Shown: positions 8,373 to 16,513 of the stretch, one piece after another
How the letters are laid out: every line of letters begins with the position of its first letter
Numbering within the stretch: position 1 is the stretch's first letter
DNA from: Synergistaceae bacterium
GTDB taxonomy: Bacteria; Synergistota; Synergistia; Synergistales; Synergistaceae
DNA length: 51,482 bases
Assembly: GCA_036803565.1 (NCBI GenBank)
Contig: DAIRUD010000001.1
Coordinates: 1 to 51,482, forward strand
Reading direction: 5' to 3'
Position numbers and translations under genes: made by a program
The notes under the pieces: generated by a model
Database searches by the model: none
Seen by the model: the letters and a program-made list of their open reading frames with translations, nothing else
Told to the model about the DNA's origin: nothing

Positions 8373-9068
8373 TCAATCCCGGCGCCGTCCCGCACCCGCG
8401 ATGAGGATCATGCGCAGGAGCTGCATCAGGCCCATCAACGCCGCAGCGATGTAGGTGAGCGCCGCGGCACTCAGCACTTTCTTCGCTCCGCCGAGTTCCG
8501 CGGGCGTGAGCGTCCCCGTGTTGGACAAAAGTTGCAGGGCCCGCGCGGAGGCGTTCAGCTCCACCGGCAACGTCACCAAGTGGAAGAGCACGACGCCCGA
8601 AAAGAGCACGATGCCCGCCGTCGCCAACGTCGCGTTGCCCATGACCAGACCGATGAAAAAAAGCGGCATCGACGCAGTGGACGTGATATTCGCCACCGGC
8701 ACCAGCCCGTTGCGGAAACGGAGCGGGGCGTAGCCGTCCTTGTCCTGCACCGCGTGCCCCACCTCGTGCGCGGCGACGCCGATCGCGGCGATGCTGCCCG
8801 CGCCGCTGACGGAGTCGGACAGGCGCAGGACCTTGTCGCGCGGGTCGTAATGATCCGTCAAATTCCCGCGAATCCTCTCGATGCGCACCCGTTGCAGGCC
8901 GAAACTGTCCAACAACATCCGCGACACCGCATCCGCCGTCACGCCCTTCGAGGCGCGGACGCCGCTGTATTTTGCAAACGTGCTCTGCACCTTGGCCTGC
9001 GCGATAAAACTCAACACGATCGCGGGCAACAACAGAAGCATCGTCCAATCCATGAAATACGGGTACAT
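8373..9068 (-). CDS. membrane zinc metallopeptidase (YugP / Zn_peptidase_2-like)
   Basis: From ATG 9068 (MYPYFMDW...). HEVGHAVQ zinc motif, N- and C-terminal TM segments, GGAGGTG Shine-Dalgarno just upstream. Confidence 0.8.
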   Translation of the reverse strand: MYPYFMDWTMLLLLPAIVLSFIAQAKVQSTFAKYSGVRASKGVTADAVSRMLLDSFGLQRVRIERIRGNLTDHYDPRDKVLRLSDSVSGAGSIAAIGVAAHEVGHAVQDKDGYAPLRFRNGLVPVANITSTASMPLFFIGLVMGNATLATAGIVLFSGVVLFHLVTLPVELNASARALQLLSNTGTLTPAELGGAKKVLSAAALTYIAAALMGLMQLLRMILIAGAGRRRD

Positions 9069-9090
9069 GCAACCACCTCCTATCCCGCGC

Positions 9091-9099
9091 ATTATAACA
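9091..9099 (-). promoter_or_regulatory. extended -10 promoter element (TGTTATAAT) upstream of the zinc-peptidase gene
   Basis: Minus strand reads cc-TGT-TATAAT-gcgcgggataGGAGGTGgttgcATG. No good -35 was seen. Confidence 0.4.
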
Positions 9100-9166
9100 G
9101 GCTGCGAAATGTTAGACGATAAAAGTCAAAAAATTACGTGAAAGCGGCAGACGCCCTCCCGCCGCG

Positions 9167-10309
9167 CTACCGACCCCTGTAGAACGCCGCGATCTCCGCC
9201 ACGATCCGCTCCTGCTCCTCCGGGAGCAGCTCGGGGAACATCGGCAGCGCCAGGACTTCGTCGCAGAGCGCCTCGGAGACCGGCATGTCCCCCTTACGGT
9301 AGCCGGCGTCCGCGAAACAAGGCTGCATATGAAGCGCGAGCGGGTAGTAGACCCGCGTGACGATCCCCCTCTCGGCGAGGTGCTTTTGCAGATCGTCCCT
9401 CCGCGCGGCGCGAACGACATATTGATGGTATGTGTGTCGGTTTCCCGCGTCCTCCGTCGGCGGCAGGATTTCCCCGAGCAGTCCCGCCTCGGCCAGGAGC
9501 AGCCGGTAACGGCGCGCGACGTCGCGCCGGTCCTCCGTCCAGGTCTCGATATGGCGCAGGCGCACCCTGAGGATCGCCGCCTGCATGGCGTCCAGACGGC
9601 TGTTGATCCCCACCTCCTCGTGCAGGTAGGTGGATTCCGCCCCGTGCACCCGGAGCCGCGCCAGCCGCCGCGCCGCATCCTCCGACCAGCACGTCGTCAT
9701 CCCCCCGTCCCCGTACGCCCCCAGGTTCTTCGTCGGGAAAAAGGAGAAACAACCCAGCCCGCCCCATCCGCCGGACCGCACGATGCGTCCGTCGTGCATC
9801 CGGTGTGCGCCGAAGGACTGCGCACAATCCTCGACAAGGGCGATGCGGCGCTCCTCCAGCAGCGGAACGATCTCCTCGAGTCGACAGATCTGCCCGAACA
9901 GGTGAACGGGGATGAAAGCCTTCGTGCGCGGCGTGATCGCCTCCCGCACGCGCTCCATGGAAATATTGTAGGTTTCCGGTTCCACATCGGCGAACACCGG
10001 TTTCGCGCCGAGACGCGTAATACAGCTCGCCGTCGCGAAAAAGCTGAACGGCGTCGTGATCACTTCGTCGCCCGGCCCGACATCGAGCGCCATCAGCGCC
10101 AGCAACAGGGAATCGGTCCCGGATGCGCATGTGACGGCATGCGGCACCTCCAGGTACGAGCGCACTTCCTCCTCGAAGGCCGCCACTTCCGGCCCCAGTA
10201 TAAAATGCTGCGACGCGAGCACCCGCTCCAACGCCTCTTTTACCTCTCCCTCGACCCTCGCATAGTTGCGCTTCAAGTCGAACGAGGGAATCTGCGGCAT
10301 TTCCGACAT
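9167..10309 (-). CDS. DegT/DnrJ/EryC1/StrS-family PLP-dependent sugar aminotransferase
   Basis: From ATG 10309 (MSEMPQIPSFDLKRNY...). HFILGPEV, TPFSFFAT, FFPTKNLGAYGDGG (PLP-Lys region) and NSRLDAMQAAIL are typical of the family. Confidence 0.85.
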   Translation of the reverse strand: MSEMPQIPSFDLKRNYARVEGEVKEALERVLASQHFILGPEVAAFEEEVRSYLEVPHAVTCASGTDSLLLALMALDVGPGDEVITTPFSFFATASCITRLGAKPVFADVEPETYNISMERVREAITPRTKAFIPVHLFGQICRLEEIVPLLEERRIALVEDCAQSFGAHRMHDGRIVRSGGWGGLGCFSFFPTKNLGAYGDGGMTTCWSEDAARRLARLRVHGAESTYLHEEVGINSRLDAMQAAILRVRLRHIETWTEDRRDVARRYRLLLAEAGLLGEILPPTEDAGNRHTYHQYVVRAARRDDLQKHLAERGIVTRVYYPLALHMQPCFADAGYRKGDMPVSEALCDEVLALPMFPELLPEEQERIVAEIAAFYRGR

Positions 10310-10551
10310 CTCTCTTATGCTCCTCTCTCGCCGATACCGGCGGCGGGAACCCGGCCCCGCCTCCGCGCGGACCTTCCGGCTCGCCCGGACGACATCCGTT
10401 TCTTCAAAGATTGTCACGCCCCATCCGGTTTTCGTGGCAAGGGAAAAGCGGAGAACGCCGCACCCTCCCGGCCATGGTCATACGCTGCGGAAACGGGTAA
10501 AATGAACGCCGGATATTCTACGACATCCCATACCCTTCTGTAAAGGACGGT

Positions 10552-10848
10552 GTGCCTTTGGACATCGCACACAGAGCAACGCTGAAACGACTTTGCACGC
10601 TTATCTGTTCGATCGGCACGATCGTGTGTTACGGTTATCTGCTCGGCGGAACGGGAGGGTATCTCTTCGGGCAGGGGCGTCCCCTCACCGCGTTGGCCGG
10701 GTTCGTCGGCGGAACGCTCCTCGCCGTCGTCGCACTGCGGGTGTGGAAAAGCTACCTCGGCGACGTCCAGGTATTGAACGAACGCGAGGGCCGGAACGGC
10801 GCAAACGACGACGCTGCCGGGCCGGAATCAGACGAATCGGACGAGTAG
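10552..10848 (+). CDS. hypothetical small membrane protein with two predicted TM helices and an acidic tail
   Basis: 98 aa, GTG start preceded by AAGGA. Hydrophobic segments LICSIGTIVCYGYLLGG and LAGFVGGTLLAVVAL. No family recognised. Its 3-prime end overlaps convergent citX by 21 nt. Confidence 0.4.
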   Translation: MPLDIAHRATLKRLCTLICSIGTIVCYGYLLGGTGGYLFGQGRPLTALAGFVGGTLLAVVALRVWKSYLGDVQVLNEREGRNGANDDAAGPESDESDE

Positions 10849-11331
10849 CGCCGCGACGGCGGCGCGCACTTCCGCAAGGGGATGCGCGGCGCTTCGGGCA
10901 CAGATCTTGGCGTCGTCGCCGCACAACAAGCATCGCCGGGGCGGCAGTCCGAGTGCCGCCCGCACCACCGGTCCGGAAACGTCGATCACATCGATATCCA
11001 GAACCCGACACCAGGCCTCCGACTCCTCGACTTCGACCGCCGCCCGCTTCACCGCGTACAGATCGACGGCGGAATGGGCATGCAACAACGCACAACCGGC
11101 GGCGGTGCGGGAAAAAACGCACATCGCCGGAGGGCGCGGCAGCCGCCCGGCCAACGCCCCCTCGGCGAACGACAGGGCGGCCGCATCCCCGGGTAGGGAT
11201 TTCGGGCATCCGGGGATGTTGAGCGCGAACTGCACGACCCCGCCTCCCGCGCCGAGCGCTTCGAGGCAGAATGTCTGCATCCAGGCGCGCTCTTCGCGCG
11301 CTTTCAAAATACTTTGCAAGTAACCCTGCAT
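10828..11331 (-). CDS. citX: citrate lyase holo-ACP synthase (apo-citrate lyase phosphoribosyl-dephospho-CoA transferase) CitX-like
   Basis: 167 aa. LKAREERA near the N-terminus, RVLDIDVID, and [24 protein letters not shown] closely parallel E. coli CitX (WDIDV..., [22 protein letters not shown]). GGGGGAG Shine-Dalgarno 6 nt upstream. Confidence 0.8.
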   Translation of the reverse strand: [167 protein letters not shown]

Positions 11332-11628
11332 ACACGCTCCCCCACATGTTCCCGATCGGTGCGATCAAACGCATGATATCGCGAAATACGCGCCGCGCAA
11401 AGCCCGCAAGGCGGCAAACGCCGGCGCGGCTCGCGCGACTTTCTCTTTAAAAGACATGGCGGGGTCCCGATATCCGGGCCCCGCGGCAGAGATAGGCGTC
11501 TTGAAAGGAATGGCACGAGGATTTATGAGGTATGTTCGGCCCGCAAGCGGGCCATTGGAGTGGCAATCATCGCCGCGCGTGCGCGGCCCCTCAAAAAACT
11601 CGTTCAATCGGATTAAATCCTAATGAAC
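11332..11628 (-). other. long GC-rich structured 5-prime leader or unassigned ncRNA candidate upstream of citX
   Basis: About 300 nt between the predicted promoter and the citX ATG, with several strong hairpins (GGCCCG-cuug-CGGGCC; GCCGCG..CGCGGC; GCGGGGCCCGGAUAUCGGGACCCCGC). No convincing ORF. Confidence 0.25.
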
Positions 11629-11634
11629 AACCCG

Positions 11635-11662
11635 ATAATAACATGCATATTTTATTTGTCAA
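11635..11662 (-). promoter_or_regulatory. sigma70-type promoter TTGACA-N16-TATTAT pointing toward citX
   Basis: Minus strand reads cgTTGACAaataaaatatgcatgtTATTATcggg, inside the AT-rich island. Confidence 0.4.
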
Positions 11663-11965
11663 CGATCATTTAATGAAAAAAAAAGATATTTCTTTTAAAT
11701 TAAAAGCACCATGTCGTACATGCTGCGATATGCAGCTTATAACGTTAAAATAACCGGAAAGGCATCGAAAGAACGTGCATAAATTCGCATAAAGCCTACG
11801 CGGCCCCACGGGGAAAACACGTTTTTTCCTTCATTTCGAAAGCAATATCGGGAACAGCGGGCGGGGAAATCGAAAATCCGCATGCCGCGTTCCTTTTCCG
11901 GCGAATCACACACAACTTTCCATATGCACATCCGTCGCCGAAAAACCGCGAACACACAGATCGTG

Positions 11966-13297
11966 TCAGGCATCGTCCTCCCGATCCACAGGAGGAAGGG
12001 GTTCCGGGCTTTCGTGTGGCGGAGCGTCTACGGAAAACAGGGAGGCGTCGCCGAGCCTTTTCTCGATTGCGCGCGACCGGCGTCCCGCGCCCTCGAGCTC
12101 CCGCCCGGCCATCTCGATGCGCTGCTGCACCTTTTCCAGGATCGCACCGAACTTCGCAAATTCGCTCCGCACCTGCCCGAGCAAAGCCCAAACCTCGCCG
12201 GAACGCCTCTCCACCGCGAGCGTACGAAAACCCATCTGCAAGCTGTTCAACAGCGCGGCAACGGTCGTCGGCCCGGATATCACCACCCGATACTCCCCCA
12301 TCAGGCGCTCGCAGAGTCCGTCGATCCGCAACACCTCCGCGTAAAGTCCCTCCACGGGCAGAAAGAGGACGGCGAAATCCGTCGTATGGGGAACGACGAT
12401 GTATTTCGTGCGGATCTTCTTCGCCTCCTCCAGCAACCTGCGCTCCAAAGCCCGTCGGGCCTCCGCGACGCCGTCGACGTCGCCGGATTCCGACGCCTCG
12501 ACGAGGCGCAGATAATCCTCCGTGGGAAATTTGGAGTCGATCGGCAGCCACACCGTTCGCCCGTCCCCCGCCCCCGGCAGTCGGACGGCGAATTCGACGC
12601 GCTCCCCGGCCCCCGGCCGTACCGCCACGTTGCGCTCGTACTGATCCTTCTGCAAGACCTGTTCGAGCAGCGCGCCGAGCTGAATCTCGCCCCATGTTCC
12701 GCGGGTTTTGACGTTCGTCAGCACCTTGCGGAGATCCCCCACGTTGGCCGCCAGCCCCTGCATCTCCCCCAGCCCCTTGTGCACCTTGTCCAGCCATTCC
12801 GAGACGTTGGCGAAGGCGGCGCCGAGACGGCGCTCCAGGGCGTCGTGCAGGTGCGTGTCCACGAGCGTCTGCATCTCCTTCATGCGCGCCTCCACCGCGT
12901 CCCGCAACTGTTCGAGTTTCGCCTCCGTTCCCCGCGAAAGCTGTCCGAGCTGTGTCGCCAGAAGCTCGATCGCGCCCTTTTGCAGCCGGGAGATTTCGAG
13001 CAGGTGTTTCGACTGCGTCTCCCCCAGCAGCGCGAAGTTGCGCGCGATCTCCTCCCGTTCGGCGCGGGAATACTGCGACAAACCCTCCCGCAGGGAATCG
13101 AGCATGTCGCGCGTCGTCCGCTCCCGCTCCTCCTGGCGTTCCTCCATCTCCCGCATGCGCTCCAATAGGGCCCTCAGCGCATGGTCCATCGCCGCTTCGC
13201 GCTCGCGCGCCCGCGCGGCGCGCAGGGCGAAAAAAACGCCCGCCACGACGACGAACGCACTTGCCGCCACCAACCAATGCAGGACAACCCCTCCCAT
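11966..13297 (-). CDS. rmuC: DNA recombination protein RmuC
   Basis: From ATG 13297 (MGGVVLHWLVAASAFVVVAG..., an N-terminal TM helix). Long coiled-coil, then the RmuC nuclease-like core (TRGTWGEIQLGALLEQVL..., WLPIDSKFP, FLPVEGLY). Confidence 0.9.
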   Translation of the reverse strand: MGGVVLHWLVAASAFVVVAGVFFALRAARAREREAAMDHALRALLERMREMEERQEERERTTRDMLDSLREGLSQYSRAEREEIARNFALLGETQSKHLLEISRLQKGAIELLATQLGQLSRGTEAKLEQLRDAVEARMKEMQTLVDTHLHDALERRLGAAFANVSEWLDKVHKGLGEMQGLAANVGDLRKVLTNVKTRGTWGEIQLGALLEQVLQKDQYERNVAVRPGAGERVEFAVRLPGAGDGRTVWLPIDSKFPTEDYLRLVEASESGDVDGVAEARRALERRLLEEAKKIRTKYIVVPHTTDFAVLFLPVEGLYAEVLRIDGLCERLMGEYRVVISGPTTVAALLNSLQMGFRTLAVERRSGEVWALLGQVRSEFAKFGAILEKVQQRIEMAGRELEGAGRRSRAIEKRLGDASLFSVDAPPHESPEPLPPVDREDDA

Positions 13298-13502
13298 CCA
13301 TCGCCGCGATTCGCGATATACAACCGCGCGTCCTCTCCACAACGACGCGACCGGCCTCGGCCGTATCGACCGCCCGAAAGCGGAGAAAACCCCGGCACGC
13401 CCGCCCCGGGAAATTTCGGCAGAACGCCTTTTCCCGCATACCGCGATATGGTACCATAACAAGATATGCTCCCACCGAAACAAGACCGCAAGAGGTGATA
13501 TC

Positions 13503-14432
13503 TTGAAAGGCGTTCTGATCATCCTGCCCCTCGCCATCGTCATCGCAACGGGAATCGCGTTGCGGGCATTCGGTTTTTTCCAGGCCGGCGACCGGGAGCG
13601 GTTGACGCGCCTGCTCTACTGGATCGCCATCCCGGCACTGCTCTTCCGCACGACGTACCTCTCCGGCCGGGAGTTTACCCAGCATGCGAACCTTTTCTTC
13701 GGCCTCTACGCCTCGACCATCGCGATGCCGCTCCTCACCTACCTGCTGATGCTGCCGCGATACCGGAATAACCGACCGCTGCTCGCGCTCTCGACGATGT
13801 CCGGGGTGCGCGCGAACAACGTCTATCTGGGGCTGCCGCTGGCGACGCTCGCGCTGGGGGAAGCGGGCGCGGCCGCCGCGGCGATCTACCTCGTGGTGAT
13901 ACTGCCGGGCTACAATCTCATTTCCATCATGAGCGGAGAAATCGTCCTGGCGGGGGGCCTGCGCCCGGCCCAGTTGCGACAGGCGCTGCTGCGGGTCGCC
14001 AAAAACCCGCTGATTCTCTCCTGCCTCTGCGGGTTGCTTTTCGCACAGCTGCGGATTCCGGTTCCGTCGACGCTGCTAGTCTCCCTCAAGATCGTCGGCG
14101 ATATGGCGACCGGCATCGCCCTGCTCGCGCTCGGGGCGAGCCTGGAGCTGCCGGACCTGCCGAAAGCCCTTCGCCGGACCTGGCCGGACATCCTCGTCAA
14201 GCTGATCCTGCACCCCGCGATCGTATGGTGCTTCCTTCATGTCTGGCCCGTCTCGCCGGTGCTGATGCAGGTAAGCGTGCTGATCAGCGCCATGCCCACC
14301 GCGATCAACACGTTCATCATCGCCGCCGGAATGGGGATGGACGAACGCTACTCCTGCGAGACCATCGCGGCCACGACCATCCTGGCCGCCGTCTCCATAC
14401 CGATCTGGATCGCGCTGTTAAACATCGCGTGA
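13503..14432 (+). CDS. AEC (auxin efflux carrier) family transporter
   Basis: TTG start at 13503 preceded by AGAGGTGA. About 10 TM helices. The IPALLF motif and the overall pattern fit the AEC/membrane transport family. Confidence 0.8.
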   Translation: MKGVLIILPLAIVIATGIALRAFGFFQAGDRERLTRLLYWIAIPALLFRTTYLSGREFTQHANLFFGLYASTIAMPLLTYLLMLPRYRNNRPLLALSTMSGVRANNVYLGLPLATLALGEAGAAAAAIYLVVILPGYNLISIMSGEIVLAGGLRPAQLRQALLRVAKNPLILSCLCGLLFAQLRIPVPSTLLVSLKIVGDMATGIALLALGASLELPDLPKALRRTWPDILVKLILHPAIVWCFLHVWPVSPVLMQVSVLISAMPTAINTFIIAAGMGMDERYSCETIAATTILAAVSIPIWIALLNIA

Positions 14433-14447
14433 GGACAGGGGAGAAAA

Positions 14448-15389
14448 TCAGGAAAAAAGATACAACAAAATCGCCATCGTGATCAGGAACAGAGCGACCC
14501 CCGCCACGGCGAGCAGGACCGTCGCCGGCGGGATCGCAAGGGCGGCGGGGGCGACGGCGCCCCTTTTCGCACACAGTTTGACCTTTACCCTTCCGGAAAG
14601 CTTGAGCGCGCCGGTCACCCCTTCCGACAGCTTCAAGGCCACCGTCGTGCTCCCCGTCTCGTTCAGCCGGATGCCGGAGATGTCCCCGGAAATGCTTCCG
14701 TCGAAATCGGGATTGCTGCCGGAGATCAGTTTGAAGAAAGCGGATTCGCGCGGCAGCCGGCAGAAGATCGAATCGCCGACCTCGAGGTCCTCCACGGCGA
14801 CTCCCGCGACCGGATCCAGAAGCGGCTCGCAGGCCAAAAAGACCTCCTCGGGACCGCCGCCGCCCGAAGTTTTTCCGTCCTCTTCGGTTGCCGTGTGTCG
14901 TGCGTCGACGCGCTCGTCCGGGGTTGCGTTTTGCTCCTCATCCCAAGTAACATCCGGGAGGAGCGCGTGCAGGGTATCCGCCCCGACGTGCGTCAGCTGT
15001 AAAAAAGTAATCGCCCGCACATCCAGAGCGTCCGAAAAGAAGTAGGTGATCTTCCGCTCCATCTGCTTTTCGTCCGGCTCCCTCTCCGTGATCCCGAACA
15101 GGCGCTCGTGCTTCAGGTAATTACGAAATTCCGCTGCATACCGCGCAAGCTCCGGTTCGGCATCCGCTCCCGGCGCGGCGTTCAGCGTTTCGAGCAGTTC
15201 GGCGAGGGACTGGTCCTCATTCTCCAGGCTTTCGCGCGAACAACAGGTGCGCACCAGCAGAGGGCGCACCGCCGAAATCACGAGAAAAGCGGCATTGAGG
15301 GGCAACGAGTCCGCGCCCCGCCCGTGAACGTATCCCCTGGCGACGATATACTGTTCGAAACGGCCGCCCTGTTCCATGTCTCCCCCCAA
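14448..15389 (-). CDS. hypothetical tail-anchored protein, paralogue A of a tandem pair
   Basis: 313 aa (start may be ATG 15377). No family recognised. Shares its architecture and several sequence blocks with the upstream ORF. Single C-terminal hydrophobic helix. Confidence 0.7.
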   Translation of the reverse strand: MGGDMEQGGRFEQYIVARGYVHGRGADSLPLNAAFLVISAVRPLLVRTCCSRESLENEDQSLAELLETLNAAPGADAEPELARYAAEFRNYLKHERLFGITEREPDEKQMERKITYFFSDALDVRAITFLQLTHVGADTLHALLPDVTWDEEQNATPDERVDARHTATEEDGKTSGGGGPEEVFLACEPLLDPVAGVAVEDLEVGDSIFCRLPRESAFFKLISGSNPDFDGSISGDISGIRLNETGSTTVALKLSEGVTGALKLSGRVKVKLCAKRGAVAPAALAIPPATVLLAVAGVALFLITMAILLYLFS

Positions 15390-15401
15390 CCCCGTACGCG
15401 T

Positions 15402-16340
15402 CTACCAGAAAATGTAATACAAAACGCCCACCGCCGCAATCGCGACCAACAGAACGGCTCCGGCGAACACCGTCTCCGGCGGCAGCGAACGCAGGGAGAA
15501 GCGTCGTCGCGACTCCGCGCGCTCCGCGTCCGTCTCGACGGCGCGCTTTACCCGGACCTTGCCGGGGAATTTCATAACACCGGAAACGCCGTCGGCCAGG
15601 TCCAGGGTGACGACCGCCGTGCCCAACTCGTTGACCAGCAGGCCCGTCACCCGCGCGGTCACGAGTCCGTCGAACGCGGGGATGTTTTTCGACAGCAGCT
15701 TGTAGAAAACGGAATCCGCGGGCAACCTGCCGAAAACGAGGTCGCCCGTCCGCAGTTCGTTCATGGCCACGCCCCCGACGGGGTCGAGGATCGGCTCGCA
15801 GCGGATGACGATCTCCGCGTTCTTCGCGGTCGAGGAGGTCGTCGGCGCACTTTCCGGTTCGCCCTCCGCCTCCGCCTGCGCATCGTTTTCCACATCCTCC
15901 GCGGCTTCGTCGAAATACCGCACGTCGCTCTCCATGGCATCCTGACAGGTGAGAAAGGTCACGGCCTTGAGGTGGAGCTGCTCCGTACAGTAGCGGCTGA
16001 TCTGCTGCTCCGCCTGTTTCGTGTTGCGGTTTTTGGCGACGCCGTTGAGCACGCCCTCCGACAGGAGGAACTGGGCGAGCTGCTCCTCGTTGTGCACCAG
16101 CGCCGCATCCCGTCCGTCGGCCCGCGCGTTCTCCTCGTGCCGCGCCAACAGGTCCGTCCAATCGATATCGCGCGGCAGCTCCTCCGTCCGGAACATCACG
16201 CTCAGATGGCGCGCGTCGTGCCGGGAGACCACGGCCAGAATCGACCCGAAGAACAAGCGACCACGATCGTCCTTCGCGTCGATGAATCCCTTCACAATCA
16301 CGTAGGTCCGTGCGGCAAGTTCCACGTCCATGAAAGACAC
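15402..16340 (-). CDS. hypothetical tail-anchored protein, paralogue B of a tandem pair
   Basis: 312 aa. Conserved blocks versus paralogue A: CEPILDPVGGVAMNELRTGDLVFGRLPADSVFYKLL vs CEPLLDPVAGVAVEDLEVGDSIFCRLPRESAFFKLI. Acidic linker and C-terminal TM helix. Confidence 0.7.
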   Translation of the reverse strand: MSFMDVELAARTYVIVKGFIDAKDDRGRLFFGSILAVVSRHDARHLSVMFRTEELPRDIDWTDLLARHEENARADGRDAALVHNEEQLAQFLLSEGVLNGVAKNRNTKQAEQQISRYCTEQLHLKAVTFLTCQDAMESDVRYFDEAAEDVENDAQAEAEGEPESAPTTSSTAKNAEIVIRCEPILDPVGGVAMNELRTGDLVFGRLPADSVFYKLLSKNIPAFDGLVTARVTGLLVNELGTAVVTLDLADGVSGVMKFPGKVRVKRAVETDAERAESRRRFSLRSLPPETVFAGAVLLVAIAAVGVLYYIFW

Positions 16341-16513
16341 TCTCCCAGTCCAACAATTCCGAATACGGCGGCAAAACTTCCTTTCCGCACCACTCCGTGC
16401 AAACTATACTATATTTCTCCTACACAGGAACGTCTTTTTTCACTATAATCTCCGGTAACGGCAAAAGATCCGGCACATTCGCCGAATTTTCGAGGCTAAA
16501 GGAGGGGAACGGA

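Noticed and set aside
11433-11445. GAGAAAGUCGCGC on the minus strand, which resembles the RNase P RNA GAGGAAAGUCCGGGC box.
   Set aside because: No other RNase P conserved regions are nearby, and the available non-coding span is too short for a full P RNA.
11365-11607. 80-aa minus-strand ORF (TTG start) inside the citX leader.
   Set aside because: No family resemblance, odd composition, weaker third-position GC than neighbouring genes, and no Shine-Dalgarno. It is more likely non-coding structured RNA.
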